63,690 nt of DNA, filler included, from Chiloscyllium plagiosum (GCF_004010195.1; 4 parts of one record of this genome joined end to end with filler, not necessarily neighbours in it); one strand, 5' to 3'. Numbered from the whole stretch's first letter, positions 38,370-52,000 are shown. Numbers and translations are program-made. Notes: generated from the letters alone by a model not told the origin.

Positions 38370-39142
38370 GTTTATAAGATCATGAGGGTCATTGATAAGG
38401 TGTACAGCCGTGAGGGGCATTGATAAGGTGAATAGTCAAGGTCTTTGCCCAAATGTGGGGAGTCCAGAACTAGAAAGCATAAGTTTAAGGTGAGAGGGGA
38501 AAGATTTAAAAGGGACCGAAGGGGCAACTTTTTCATGCAGAGGTGGTATGTGTATGGAATGAGCTGCCAGAGGAAGCAGTGTAGGCTGTTACTGTGACAA
38601 CATTTAGAAGACGTCTGGATGGGTAAATGAATAGGAAGGCCAAATGCTGGCAAATGGGACTAGATTGATTTAGGATATCTGGTTGGCATGGAGGAGTTGG
38701 ACCGAAGAGTCAGTTTCCATGCTGTACAGCTCTATGACTGATTTTATGAAGGTGTACCTTTAATAGAGATAGAATCAAAAAGTCATATAGTCATACAGTA
38801 CAGAAGCAGATCTTTTGGTCCAACTTGTCCATGCCAACCAAGTCTTCCAAACTAAATTAGTCCCATTTGGTCCATATCCCTCTAAACCTTTCCTATTCAC
38901 GTACCTGTCCAAATGTCCCTTAAATATTGTAACTGTACCTGCCTCTACTACTTTCTATGGCAATTCATTCTACATACAAACCACCCTCTTGATGAAAAAT
39001 TGCCCCTTAGATCCCTTTTTAAACCTTTCTCCTCTCAACTTAAATCTATTCCCTCTAGTTTTGAGCTCCTCAACTGTAGGGAAAAGACCGTTGCTGTTCA
39101 CCTTATCCATGCCCCTCATGACTTTATAAACCTCGATAAGGT
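38370..39142. mobile_element. Two CR1 3' fragments in opposite orientation (+ ~38370-38740; - ~38790-39142)
   Basis: GTTTATAAGATCATGAGG on + and its reverse complement (CCTCATGACTTTATAAAC) at ~39115-39130. Confidence 0.75.
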
Positions 39143-39273
39143 ATGTGACAGAGTGATTAGAGAACTGTAATCATGATCCAGAGACCCTGGTTCCAGTCCT
39201 ACCTCTACATGTGGTGAATTTAAACTCAATTAATTAAACATATTTGGAGTAAGAAGCCAATACACGACCATAA

Positions 39274-39368
39274 CAGGAGGCTCCCAAGCACTGAGGATGT
39301 CACCTAGACAGGGGATGAAACGTCTGCAACACAAATTCCCAGCTCGGCGAACAGAACCACAACAAAAA
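39274..39368 (+). mobile_element. 95-bp Penelope-type terminal insert with hammerhead motif and 12-bp TSD
   Basis: ACACGACCATAA duplicated at 39262-39273 and 39369-39380. CTGAGGA..GAAACGTC at 39291-39324. Confidence 0.7.
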
Positions 39369-39914
39369 ACACGACCATAAGATGTAGCAGCCGGAGTAGG
39401 TCATTCGGCCCATCAAGTCTGCTCTACCATTCAATGAAATCATGGTTGGTCTCATAATCCTTAACTCCACTTTCCTGCTTTTTCCCCAATGATTCCCTTC
39501 CTGATTATTAATCTGTCTATGTCAGACTTTAATATTCTTAATGTCGTGTAAGAGAGATGTATTTACAGAGGAGGTAGTTTAGGCCTGTACTCTCTGGAGT
39601 TTAGAAGAATGAAAAGAGATCTAACTGAGGTGTATGAGATGCAAAGGGATTGATAAATTAGACGTAGAGAGCATATTTCCTCACGTGGTGCAATCTCGAA
39701 CAAGGGTCATAATTTTAAGTTTCAGGGTGAGCAGATTTAAAACAGAGGTGGAGAAAATTACTTCTCTCAAAGGGCTGTGAATCTGTGGAATTCACTACCT
39801 CAATGTGGTAAATGCTGGGACATTGAGTAAATTTAAGGACAAGATAGACAGATTTTTAATTAGTAATGGGTTGGAGGGTTATGGAGACCAGGCAAGAAAG
39901 ACAGCTTGGGGGTG

Positions 39915-42900
39915 TTGGTGATAGGCAGTGAATGCAGGATTAAGGATGTTGAATTTAAACAAGGGAAATGAGATTGTGGTGCAGATTGAAAATGGCAAGT
40001 ACGATGCTGTGGGTATCACACAGATGTGCTGCAAGGGGATTGGATCAGGCTTGGGAACTAAATATCCAAGGATACACATCCTGTCAAAAAGGCGAGCAGA
40101 TAGGCATCGGAGTGGGGTTGCATTGTGTGTACAAAACTAAATTAAATCAAAAGCAAGAAGTGATAGAGTCAGAACGTGTAGAATCTGTGTGGGTGGAGTT
40201 GAGAAAACACAAAGGAAAATAAAACTCTGATGTGAGTTATGTGCAGGTCTCATGCTAGTAGCAAGATTTGGGAAGAAAATAAGTCTGGAGATAGAAAAGG
40301 CATATAAGAAAGCAATATTATAATAAACATGGGGGAATTCAATATGCAAGTGGAAGTTCAAGTTGGTGGTAGATCTCAAGAAAAGGAATTTGTGAAAGGT
40401 TTATGAGCTGTTCTTTGGAGCAGCTTGTGGTAGAGTCCCAATTGGGAACAGGCAATTCCGAATTTGGCGATCAGTAATGAGGCAGCCTTGATCGGGGAAC
40501 TTAAGGTGATGGAAACCCAAAGGGGCAGTAACCATAATATGATAGAGTTCACCCTCTGGTTTGAGAGGAAGAAGCTGGGATTAGATGTAATGGTATTGCA
40601 ACTGAGTAAAGGCATGAGGGAGAAGCTGGCCAGAGTTTATTGGAAGGGGAGCCTAACCAGGAATATGATGGAACAGCAATGGTAGGAGTTTCTGGGAATA
40701 ATTTGGGAGACGCAGCAGAAATTCAAATCACGGAAGAAGAAACATACAAAGGAGGGGATGAGGCAACCATGGCTGACCAGGACAAACAAGGACAGCATAA
40801 ACACAAAGGAAGAAACATCCAATGTGGTGAAGATTAGTGGGAAGACAGAGGATTGGGAAGCCTTTACAAACCAGCAGAGAAATAACGGCAAGAAGTTTCA
40901 ATGGACAGCGGATTGTCAAAAGGCATTTGACGGCCTAAAAACTTTGTTCACCACTGCCCCAGTATTAGCCATACCAATTACACAGAGCCTTTCAAGGTGG
41001 CTATCGATGCCAGTGATGTGGGTTTCGGTGCAGTGCCCTTTTTTGACAATTTGGTAAGTGGGAGCAACCATGCTGCTAAAGTTTGGCACAAACTTTCGAT
41101 AAAATCCACTTAACCCCCAGAACCATAGTACTGCTTTTTCCATCGCTGTGGGAAATTCCACAATTACTTTCATTTTGGCATCTCTTGGGGCCATTTGTCC
41201 ATGCCCAATAACATGACCCAGGAAGGTGATTTGGGCTTTGGCAAATTCACTTTTAGCTAGGTTTACCACCAAGCCTGCCTTCCAAAGTCGATTGATAAAT
41301 GCTGTAAATGTTCCTTCCATGAGTGACTAAAAATCACCAGGTCATCAATATACAGCACACAGTTGGATAATCCAGCAATGACCTTATTAGTCAGTCTCTG
41401 AAATGTGGCTGGAACGTTTTTTGTACCAAATGGCTTGACTTTGAATTGATATAGTCCATTTGGGGTTACGAAAGCCGAAATTGCCTTTGTTCTTTCTGTC
41501 AGAGGTACTTGCCAATCACCTCTGAGCAAGTCCAACTTAGAAATGTAAGTTGCTCGTCCTACTTTTTTGACTCAGTCTTCAAACCGTGGAATTGGATATG
41601 CATCAGTCTTTGTAACGGCGTTGACTTTGCGATGGTCCACACATAACCGTTGGGTACCATCTGGTTTTGGCACTATGACTATGGGTGAGCTCCAGTCACT
41701 GTAACTCACTTCGATTATGCCATCTTGGAGCATGTGCTCTATCTCCTTCTGAACCGGTGCCAACTTTAGAGGGTTATGCCTATAAGGATGTTGCTTAATT
41801 GGAACAGCATCTCTTATCTCTATATCATGTACAATTAGGTTAGTACTTCCCAGTTTATTTTTGCATAACTCTCCATGTGATAGTAAGAACTCTTTCAGGT
41901 CTTTTCAATTTTCTTGTGGAAGGTAACTCAATAATTTATCTCAATTTTTGACAACTTCCTCGTTGTCCAATTTAATTTGAGGAACGTCCAATTCGGAATC
42001 CTCTGAACTTGGTTCTTCCTTCTGTGCTGTAATCATGAGCACCTTCTCCTCTTGCTTTCCTTCCCTATCAAAATACCTTTTGAGCATTTTCACATGACAC
42101 TCTGTGAGATTTCTTCCTGTCTGGAGTCCTTATCAAGTAGTTCACCTCACTCAGATTGAAGTTGAAGAGCAGAAAGAGAGAGTTTCCATGCAGCTCCCTG
42201 TTGAACTTCCCAGTTGAAGAATGAACTAAAACTGCTCAACTCAGCAAAGAGCTGACCACTCCCCTTTCATTATACAGGTCACTTCTAAAGCATGACCACT
42301 TTGGTCTGAAGCCTCATCTGTTGACATATATCCTTTTCAACTCTGTACCAAACCAGACTGATTGGAGTCTGTCCCGGTTTATTGCCCCTCTGAAAAAACA
42401 AAGACAGAGTCTCTTTGGGCCAAGGAACAGCTTTTAGCATATAAAGGGATGAGATTTGTGACAATACCAGAACTTCAAGTGATTCAGGGGCAGAGGTGAG
42501 TGTAGTGGCCATCATTAGGAGATGGTCAATGTGGATACAGGTCTGAAGGTGGATAAATCACCTGGACCAGAAGAGCTACACTCTCTTAAAGAGAGAGCTG
42601 AGGAGATTGAGAAGGCATTGATCTTTAAGGAATTACTGCGGTCAAGGAGGGGGCTAGAGGACTGGAAAATGGCTAATGTAATAACCCTGTTTAAGAAGGG
42701 AGAGAGGCAGAAGATAGGAAACTATAGGCCACTTAACCTGACCTTGGTCGTTAATAAGATTGTGGAGTCCAAAATTAAGGATGAGATTGCCGAATGCTTG
42801 GAAATGCATGGTAAAATAGGTCCGAGTCAGCACAGCTTTGTCAAGGGAAGGTTATACCTGATAAATCTGCAAGAGATCTTTGAAGAGGTAAGAACAAATT

Positions 42901-43745
42901 AGGCACAGGAGAGTTAGTGAACGTGATCTATTTGGATTTCCAGCAGGTTTTGACAAGCTGCTGCACAGGAGGCTGCTGAGTAAAATAAGAGCCCATGGTG
43001 TTAGGTGTAAGGTACTGGCAAGGATAGAGGATTGGTTGACTGACAGAAGGCAGAGAGTGGGGCTTAAGGGGTCTTTTTCAGGATGGCGGCTGGTGACTGG
43101 TGGAGTTCCACAAGGATCAGTGTTGCAACCACAACCATTTACGTTATACATTAACAATCTGGATGAAAGAATTGAGGGAGTTGTTGCTAAGTTTGCAGAT
43201 GACACAAAGATGGGTGGAGGGGCAGGTGGTGTTGAGGAAGTGAGAGACTGCAGAAGGACTTGGATGGGCTCAGAATGGGAAAGGAAGTGGCAGATGGAAT
43301 ACAATGTGGTCAAGTCTGAGGTTATATGTTTGGTAGGAAGAATAGAGGTCTGATTATTTTTGAAACATGAAAAGGCTGGAAATCTGAGCACAGAGGGACA
43401 TGGGAATCCTGGTGCAGGATTCTCTTAAGGTTAAGAGGCAGGTTGACAAATGCAATGATAGCATTCATTTCAAGAGTCCTAGAATACAATAGCAGGGATA
43501 TACTGCTGAGGCTGTATAAGGCCCTGGTCAGAGCACGTTTGGAATATTGTGTGCAGTTCTGGGTCCCGTATCTAAGGAAGGATGTGCTGGCATTGGAGAG
43601 GGTCCACTGGGAGTTTACAAGAATGTTTACAAGTTGAGGATTCTGGGTCTGTATTTGGTAGACTCTAGAAGGATTGAAACCTGCAGAATGCTGAGGCCTG
43701 GATAGAGTGGATGTGGAAGTGATATTTCTACTGGCAGGGAGACTA
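39915..43745 (+). mobile_element. Decayed CR1 ORF2 (APE 39915-40885; RT 42464-43745) split by a Gypsy relic
   Basis: YDAVGIT, ESVWVEL, DKSPGP, GVPQGSVL.P..F.LYINNLD and AKFADDTK. Confidence 0.85.
40886..42463 (-). mobile_element. Gmr1-like Gypsy LTR retrotransposon relic (partial LTR, integrase C-terminus, RT; terminal piece inverted)
   Basis: Minus strand order: TGTCAC start at 42463; SEVNYLIRTPDRKKSHRV/HVKMLKRY; WSSPIVIVPKPDGTQRLCVDHRKVN; PFG..N.PATFQR; YIDD. FQWT..CQKAF and AIDASDVG lie on the + strand at 40886-41036. Confidence 0.85.
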
Positions 43746-43749
43746 TGAC

Positions 43750-45600
43750 ATGAGAACGTAAGAAATAGGAGCAGGAGTAGGCCATCTGGCCCATTGAGCC
43801 TACTCTGCCATTCAGTAAGATCATGGCTGATCTTTTTATGGCCTCAGCTCCAATTACTCGACTGCTCACCATAACCCTTAAATTCCTTTACTGTTCAAAA
43901 ATCTATTTATCTTCGTTTTAAAAAGATTCAACAAATAGCCTCAACAGCTTCACAGGGCAGGGAATTCCACAGATTCACAACCCTTTGGGTGAAGAACTTA
44001 CTCCTCAACTCAGTCCGAAATCAACTCCCCCTTATGTTGAGGCTATGCCCCCTAGTTCTAGCTTCACCTGCCAGTGGAAACAACCTCCCTACTTCTATTT
44101 TATCCATTCCCTTCATCATTTTATATGTTTCTATAAGATCCCCCCCCCTCATTATTCCAAATTCTAATGAATATAATCCCAGTCTACTCAATCTCCCCTC
44201 ATAAGCCAACCCTCTCAACTCCGGAATCAACCTGCTGAACCTCCTCTGCACCCCCTCTGGTGCCAGTACATCTTTTCTCAAGTAAGGAGACCAAAACTGG
44301 ACGCAGTACTCCAGGTGTGGCCTCACCAGCAGACTATAGTTTCAGCATCACCTCCCTGTTTTTAAAATTCATCCCTTTAACAACGAAGGATGATATTGCA
44401 TTTGCCTTCTTAAGTATCTGCTGCACCTGCAGACCAACTTTTTATGGTTCATCCACAAGGTCCCTCTGCACAGCAGCATGCTGTGATTTTTCACCATTTA
44501 AATAATAGGCCATTTTGCTGTTATTCCTACCAAAATGGGTAACCTCACATTTACAGCATGGCATTCGAGGGGAGTTTAAACAAGAGGTTTTTAAAGTAAG
44601 GTACAGGCACTGCTGAGATCTGAACCAACGGCCTATCTGTTTATCAGACAGGTGCTTTAAACAACCAAGGACCCGAGGGCACAGCCTCAGAGTGAAGGGG
44701 CGAACTATTAGAATTGAGATGAGGAGGAATTTCTTTAGCCAGGTGTTGGTGAATCTGTGGTACTCCTTGCTGCAGAGAGCTGTGGAGACCAAGACAGAGA
44801 TAGATAGGCTCTTGTTTAGTAAGGGGATCAAGGGTTATGGGGAGAAAGCAAGAGAATGATGTTGAGAAACATATCGGCCATGATGGAATGGTGGAGCAGA
44901 CTGTACAGGCTGAATGACCTAATTCTTCCCCTATATGTTACGGTCTTATGGGAGTTGAGGCCGAGATTACCAGGCATGGCCCAGCATGGCCTGGCACTGC
45001 GCAGCAGGGTCTGGCACAGTACAGCCTGGCCTGGTAAGGTAAGGCAGAGGAAGAATGGATACTGTGAGCATGCAGGTTGGTGCTAACTGAGCGAGTGCCA
45101 AGAAAACAAGTGAGCAGTCCATCTCACTCAGTTCATTGGAAGATAGAAAATAGGAGCAGGAGTAGGCCATTTGGCCCTTTGAGCCTGTTCCGCCATTCAA
45201 TGTGATCATGGCTGACCATCCAACTCAGTACTCTGTTCCCGCTTTCTCTCCATATCCTTTGATCTCTTTAGCCCTAAGAACTATATCCAACTCATTCTCA
45301 AAAATATTCAATGTTTTGACCTCCACAACCTTCTGTGGCAGAGAATTCCATAGGCTCACCACTCTGAATGCGGAAATTTCTCCTCAACTCAGTCCTAAAC
45401 AGCCTATTCTGAATCCTTAGACTGTGACCCTGGTTCTGGGCTTCCCAGTTATTGGGAACCTGTTTACTGCATTTACTCTGTCTAATCCTATTGCAGGGTA
45501 TGGGTTTTTATGAGATCCCCACCTCATTCTTTTAAATGGCAATGAATATAGATGCAGTGTCTCTTCATATGTCAGCCCAGCCATCCCAGGAATCAACTTC
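43750..45600. mobile_element. Cluster of CR1 3' fragments (- 43750-44555; + 44665-44950; - 45140-45600)
   Basis: ORF 44021..44326 (-) RPHLEYCVQFWSPYLRKDVLA...GDLIETYK; similar 3' UTRs. Confidence 0.8.
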
Positions 45601-45719
45601 AGGGCTGAAGTGTCTGTAATTGTTTAGCACAATTTACCTGCCTTTCTAATTTGCTTATTATCATGATAATCACAAGGAATAATTACATCTAATTACACTG
45701 CCACTTTACTGTGAATTTA

Positions 45720-46250
45720 TCAATGACATGAGGGAATTACCAAACAGTCCTGCTCTAATTGTCTGCCATCTACACAATGCCCCACAGTGACTTCATTTGA
45801 AAAGCACAGCATTCATGCTTACACTGACCCTGATGATACTCAGCTCTACCTGCCCATCACCACTGTCAGCTCCTCCACTGTTGCGAAATTATCAGACAGT
45901 GTATCCAATGTCGAGTACTGGTAAAACTGAAGCATTGTTTTCATCCCCAGCTCTGAAATCCGTTCCCTCGCTGCCCACTCACTCTCCCTGGCAGCAGTGT
46001 GCAATTAAATGACCACCACATTGGATCCTGAAATGACCTTCTGACCTTCTGGTTGTGCCATCACTGAGACTGACCACCTGTTCCAGCTCTTCTGCTGCTG
46101 AAGATCTCATCCGTGTCTTCATGACTTCTAGAGCTGGCTATTCCAATGCATTCTAACTTCTGTAAATATACAGTCACCTAAAACCGTGTCTTAAACTTGG
46201 TGCAAGACCTATTTCCCTATCACCCCTTGGGCTTGCTGACCTACACTGTT
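45720..46250 (+). mobile_element. Old L2-like LINE RT fragment
   Basis: GATGATACTCAGCTCTAC (DDTQLY) and AAAACTGAAG (KTE) remnants. Confidence 0.5.
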
Positions 46251-47335
46251 TCTCAGGCGGAAGTGAGGATTGCAGATGCTGGAGATCAGAGTCAAGATTA
46301 GAGTGATGCTGTCAGAATGTACAAGCTCATGAGTTAGGAGCATGAATAGGTCATTTGGTCCCCTGAGTCTGCTCTGCCTCTGATAAGATTGCAGCTAGTG
46401 AAGGCATTCATCGATTTCAGACCATGAACACTGTATTCTATTTTCATAGAATTCCTACTGTGCTGAAAGAGGCCATTTAGCACATACCAACCCTCCAAAG
46501 AAGCATCCTACTCAGACCCAGCCTTCTACATAACCCCACAGCTAATCCTGCACATCTTTTGACTGTGGGAGGAAATCCACACAGACACAGGGAAAATGTG
46601 TGAAACCCACACAGGCAATCACCTGAGGGTGGTGCTGTTAAGCAGCAGTGCTAACCACTGAGCCACCGTGTTACAATCACTTTGCCTCTACTCAAACAAT
46701 ATTGAATTCAAAATGTTAACTCTCTCTCTCGCTCTCGTTTTCTCTCTCGCTGTCGCTGTCTTGCTCTCTCTCTCTTTGTCTTTTTTCACATACCTTGCCA
46801 GACCTGCTTAGCGTCTCCAGCACTGGCTGTTTATATTAGACCTAGCCTGTTCAGGGTGTTGTCATGCAGCAATTCTTCATTCAAAGGGCAATGCAAGCCT
46901 GAGGTATGGCCTCCAGAAACCTGTTATGACTGGGCTAATTGCATATTGCAAGGCAAATGTTGCTGGATAAAAATATCGACTGATATTTCCCAAAGGCAGG
47001 AGAATAGCGTATGTGTGCAGGTCAGGGGGTCTTGTGCCACCAAGGTAGTGCATCCAACTCTGATTCAGGAGGTAAAAACAATGACTGCAGATGCTGGAAA
47101 CCAGATTCTGGATCAATGATGCTGGAAGTGCACAGCAGTTCACCCAGGTTCAAGTTGCACCTGCTCCAGAAATATGAGAATAATATTTTTTTTAAAAATG
47201 CACTAAGCTCACTGGATGATGGCACGAAGTTGAGGGATTAGATGTCCTCTATCTATTCCTGTGGTGATTTCCCTGTCGTTGCCAGTGTCAATGTTAGAAT
47301 AGTTAAAAACCCATCTCTCTCTCTCTTGTTGACAG

Positions 47336-47437
47336 CATTAGTCATGTTGGGCCCATCTCTGAGAGTAGCCCAGCCAGCAGAGGGCGTGGGAGGGCACAGG
47401 AGAAGACCCTGCTCAGCCGGGAGCAGGAAGAGAACAG
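47336..47437 (+). CDS. PHF24: PHF24 coding exon, (S)ISHVGPISESSPASRGRGRAQEKTLLSREQEEN
   Basis: CT tract plus gacAG acceptor, CAG|GTGAGT donor, 102 nt, phase 2 at both ends. Matches recalled human SISHVGPIADSSPAS..QDKTLL. Confidence 0.92.
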
Positions 47438-48549
47438 GTGAGTGCTGAGACATTGTCTCTGAAACCAAATGACCACACAGAACAAACCAACCCCCGAGTG
47501 TCAGAATCCTCCTTCAAGTCAGTGGGGAACAAATAAAACTTCCAACGATAAAAAACACCTCTTTAGGAATCATCCAGTCTGCAATCTGTTATTCCCTATA
47601 TACATCACCTGAAACCCTCGATTAGATTGCAGTCTGTAACTCACCCCTGGGTATCTGTTGTTCTCTCCATAAACCATCCCTGAATCCCTTGATTAGATTC
47701 AGTCTGTAATTCACTGCTGGGTACCTCTTATTAAACAATATTAACCTTATGGAACGCACTCCTGGATAACTATTTAAAAAAAAGCTCTGCTGTCCTGATC
47801 ATACAATCAGGTCATGGAGTCTGCACCAGCCCTCCGAAGAGTATCCCAATCAGACCCAGCACCCCACCCTATCCCCATAACCCTGCATTTACCATGGCTA
47901 GTCCACCTAGCCTGTGGGAGAACATACAAACTCCATAAAGACAATCACCCAAGGCTGGAATTGAACCTAGGGACTTTCCTTTGTGAGGCAGCAGGGCTAA
48001 CTACTGAGTCACTGTAGCTCCTATTTTCTACTTCATACTTTCTCATCTGCCCCCTCAGTCCTTTTCTTTTTGTTTCTCTTTTCAGTTCTATATTGTTCTG
48101 AAATTTCTTTTTCTTTCTTTACATCTCGACCTCTCTATCTCCATCTCACTAACTCTCTGTCTGTGGGTCAATTGATGTATCTCACTCTCTCTCTCTTGCT
48201 CTCTCCCTCTCGCTCTCGCACTGTCTCTCTCGTGCTCTCTCTCACTCTCTCTCCAATTCTCCTGCCCTCCCCTCTGCCCCTCCCCCTCTCTCTTTCCTTT
48301 TTCTTTCTTAGTCTTCCTCCATATCCCTCTTCCTCTCTGTTTTCCTTAGTTCCCGCTCTTCCTTTCAGTCCTCTCTATCATGGCTTTCTGCTTCTTCACC
48401 TGTTCCTGACTGATCTTTTCTCGTCACCCGTTTGACATTTTTATACAGATCTCCTTCTGTGACAACAGGCTGTGGGTTCTGTCACCATGGATACTGTTGT
48501 AAACGAGAGACTCCTTTGAATCTGGTCTAAACCAACCAATAATTCTTAG

Positions 48550-48696
<147 letters not shown>

Positions 48697-49384
48697 TACT
48701 GAGAAGACAGGGGCATTGGTGGACAGCCCATTTTCATCCTCCTCATCCTCTCCCAATATCAACTCCCCAACCCCACTCCCCACCCCCTTCCACATACCCT
48801 CCCAATCTTAATCCCCACCCCATTCCCCAACCCTCCCAAATCCATTCCCACCCCCACTCCTCCCACCACCAATTTCCCACTCCCTCCCAACCCCCTTCAA
48901 ACTCTCCTGTTCCCTCTCCCAACTGCCTCAATCCTCTGCCCACCCCAGTGCGCACACCTTCTCAAACCTCTGCCTACCTGACTCCTTCCCCACTCGCTAC
49001 TCCCTCGCAAACCCAGTCTCCACCTCAGCAAGTTCTCAGACTGGAGATCAGTAACTAATTGAGTGAGAGGTGTGCACTGTCTTGTTGACACCTGTTCCTC
49101 ACCCTCCTGAAGCATTGCTGTGTTGAATTCACCCAAATATTTGGTCCTCTATAATTCATGTACATAAAGACAGCCCAGGCAGTCTGATAGACCAACGTGT
49201 GAGGTAAATGTCAGCAATTCATGATGGGCCGTTTGGAACTGAAAAGCTATGCCATTTGACTGAGCTTAAATATTCACTAATCCACTGCAGGATATCGCTC
49301 TCCCTTATAGTCAGCCATCATATTAGTGTATTTATTGATGAAAACCAACTAATAAGCAAAGTCCCAATTTCTCTGTTCCTCCAG

Positions 49385-49650
49385 GTACACTCTCTTCCCC
49401 CCTATCATTGACCTTAACCCCCCATTTAATCCCCCTCCCACAGCCCCGTGTACACTCTCTCCTCCCCCAACNNNNNNNNNNNNNNNNNNNNNNNNNNNNN
49501 NNNNNNNNNNNNNNNNNNNNNNNNNNNNNNNNNNNNNNNNNNNNNNNNNNNNNNNNNNNNNNNCCCATATACTTTCCTCCCCCCCATTACTGACCCTATG
49601 CCCCCATTCAATCCCCCTCCCACAGCCATGTGTACACTCTACCCCTGTCT
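49385..49650. repeat. C-rich ~64-bp tandem repeat spanning a plain 92-N gap (49472-49563)
   Basis: CCCCCATTYAATCCCCCTCCCACAGCC..GTGTACACTCT on both sides of the gap. Confidence 0.6.
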
Positions 49651-50459
49651 CTGACTTGTAAGGAACATTCTGTAATATTCTCTGTGATAATTATCTGTGA
49701 CAAATCATGCAGTTTATGTGAGCTCAGCCCCACTGAACTCGAGCTGAATAGCTTATGCTAGTGACACTTTGTGAGTCGAGCAGTGACTCTGTGAATCCAT
49801 GAAGAGCAGTGAACAGTTACAGAGGACCCCGAAGTAATGGAGAACTCAGTTGTTATGCTGTTGGACTCAATCTTATCTTAGCCATGTTCAGAAGATCAAA
49901 GGGATCTGTGCGTGATTGGGAATTGGGTTTGATAGTGACAGGTGGAATTCAGCATAAGAGGATCACAGTGGTCATGTCCCTGTGATTACCATGGAAGGCT
50001 GTGGAAGGACAGAGGGTAATGGCTGGGGTGGAGCAGGATATTGATGGCAGACTACAGATCGTTGAAGCTTAAAAATGAAACAATTGAGATCGAGACTTAA
50101 TCTCATGTAACATAGAGTATAAAAACCAAGTGGTAATTCTGTTGATATCAAAGTTCATTCAGAATACTGGGGTGCTGTGATGAATTTCACAAGTGGGAAG
50201 CATCTCGAGTCATTGGATAGAAGACAGTGTCACTGACTGCAGAACATGTCCGAGACAGGGGAACACAAACATGAAGGACTCTGGAGCATCAGTGAGCTGG
50301 CAATATCCTGATGTTTGAGAGATATTATAACAGGGTGGAGGTGGGGTTGGTGATATTGTTGGCAGTTCATTGGGACCATGGTTTTGTAGAAATGAAATGG
50401 TGTTTCTGAGGAGGACAGTGACCTGCTGAAGGTCATAAGCACACTCTGAATTAATTTTC

Positions 50460-51170
50460 TATGCTGTGGAGTATAAAGTGGGGAAATGTAAGGTTCTGCA
50501 CTTTGGCAGTAAGATTAGAGGAGATGAATATTATTTAGGTGGAGAAAGACTGCAGAAAGCAACAGCACGGAGGGATTTGGGGGATCCTTCTGCATAAATC
50601 ACAAGAAGCTATCATCTAAAGAGAGAAGGCCTACGGAAAAGGCAAATGTCCCCTTATCTAAGGAAAGGTATACTGGTATTGGAAGCAACCTAGAGGAGGT
50701 TCACTTGGCTGATAGCAGGGATGGAGGGACCCTCTTATGAGGAGAGATTGAGTAGATTGGATTTGTATTCATGTGAATGTAGAAGAATGACAGGTGATCT
50801 CATTTAAAATATAGCACTCTTGGTGGACTTGACAGGATAGATATTGACAGTTTGTTTCTCCTTATGGGAGACCCTACGACCAGAGGGCATCATCTTAGAA
50901 TAAGGGCCCATTTAAGACAGAGATGAGGAGGAGTTTCTTCTCCCAGAAGGGAGTGAATCTATGGAATTCTTTCCCACAGAGGGCTGTTGGGGCTGGGTCA
51001 TTTAGTATATTGAAGGCTTAGAGAGATTTTTAATGGGTAAGGGAATCAAGAGTAATGGGGAAAAGGCGGGAAAGTGCTGTTAAGGATTATCATAGCAGCC
51101 ATAATCTCATTGAATAGTGAAACAGATACAATGGGCTGGATGGCCAGTTTATGCTCCAATATCTTATGGT
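50460..51170 (+). mobile_element. CR1 LINE 3' fragment
   Basis: Decayed KCKVLHFG, GDLI and TRGH motifs plus a CR1-type 3' UTR. Confidence 0.7.
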
Positions 51171-51717
51171 GAATGGGTGTAGTTAAGAATGAGATGTGGT
51201 CAATGGGTTATCAAGTACACGGAAATGGGCTTAATTTATTTGGATATAGGGCATGAATAAATGGAGAAGGTTTTGGTTTTTTACAGTTATGTAGCAGAGA
51301 AAAGGGTGTTTGAAAAGATTAATACTCAGGATATAAATTACAGGAGTGAAGGCGTGCTTTTGCAATTCCACAGCGCAGCATATGCTTGATTGATTCCTGT
51401 TTAAATCACCTCTGTGGGTGGTGAAGCTATTGATGTGATATGACTGTACATTACTGATGTATGAACCATAAAAGGATTCAGATGGAATAAAGTGATAGAA
51501 GAGCGTATATCCCTTTACCTCATTGCTCCCTGCTGTGTTATCGTCATTATTATGTAGATCCTGTCGACCATCACTGTAAAGAAGGATTTCAACTGATAAT
51601 CATGAATTGTGATGACATCATGTACTGACAACTACAGAATTTTGAGTTCAAGGACTTGCTTTGTGCAAATATACTCCTCTTGTAAGTGTGGAGTCTTTTC
51701 AATAGTGCTGACGCTAT

Positions 51718-51861
51718 CCTGGGAGTGTTTGATGGGGACAGTGTAGAGGAAGCTTTACTCTGTATCTAACCCCATACTGTCCCTGTCCTGGGTGCGTTTG
51801 ATGGGGACAGTGTAGAGGAAGCTTTCCTCTGTATCTAACCCCGTGCTGTCCCTGTCCTGGG
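51718..51861. repeat. Two-copy ~71-bp tandem repeat (CTGGGAGTGTTTGATGGGGACAGTGTAGAG...)
   Basis: Direct repeat visible in sequence. Confidence 0.85.
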
Positions 51862-52000
51862 ACACGACGGTTGGAGAAAGAGAGCCTCATCTTCCGCCTA
51901 GGAACCCTCCAACCACAAGGGATGAACTCGGATTTCACCAGTTTCCTCATTTCCCCTCCCCCCACCTTGTCTCAGTCAAATCCCTCGAACTCAGCACCTT
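51861..52000 (+). mobile_element. Penelope GIY-YIG endonuclease C-terminal fragment
   Basis: Reads RRLEKESLIFRLGTLQPQGMN, the typical PLE ORF ending. Confidence 0.7.
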
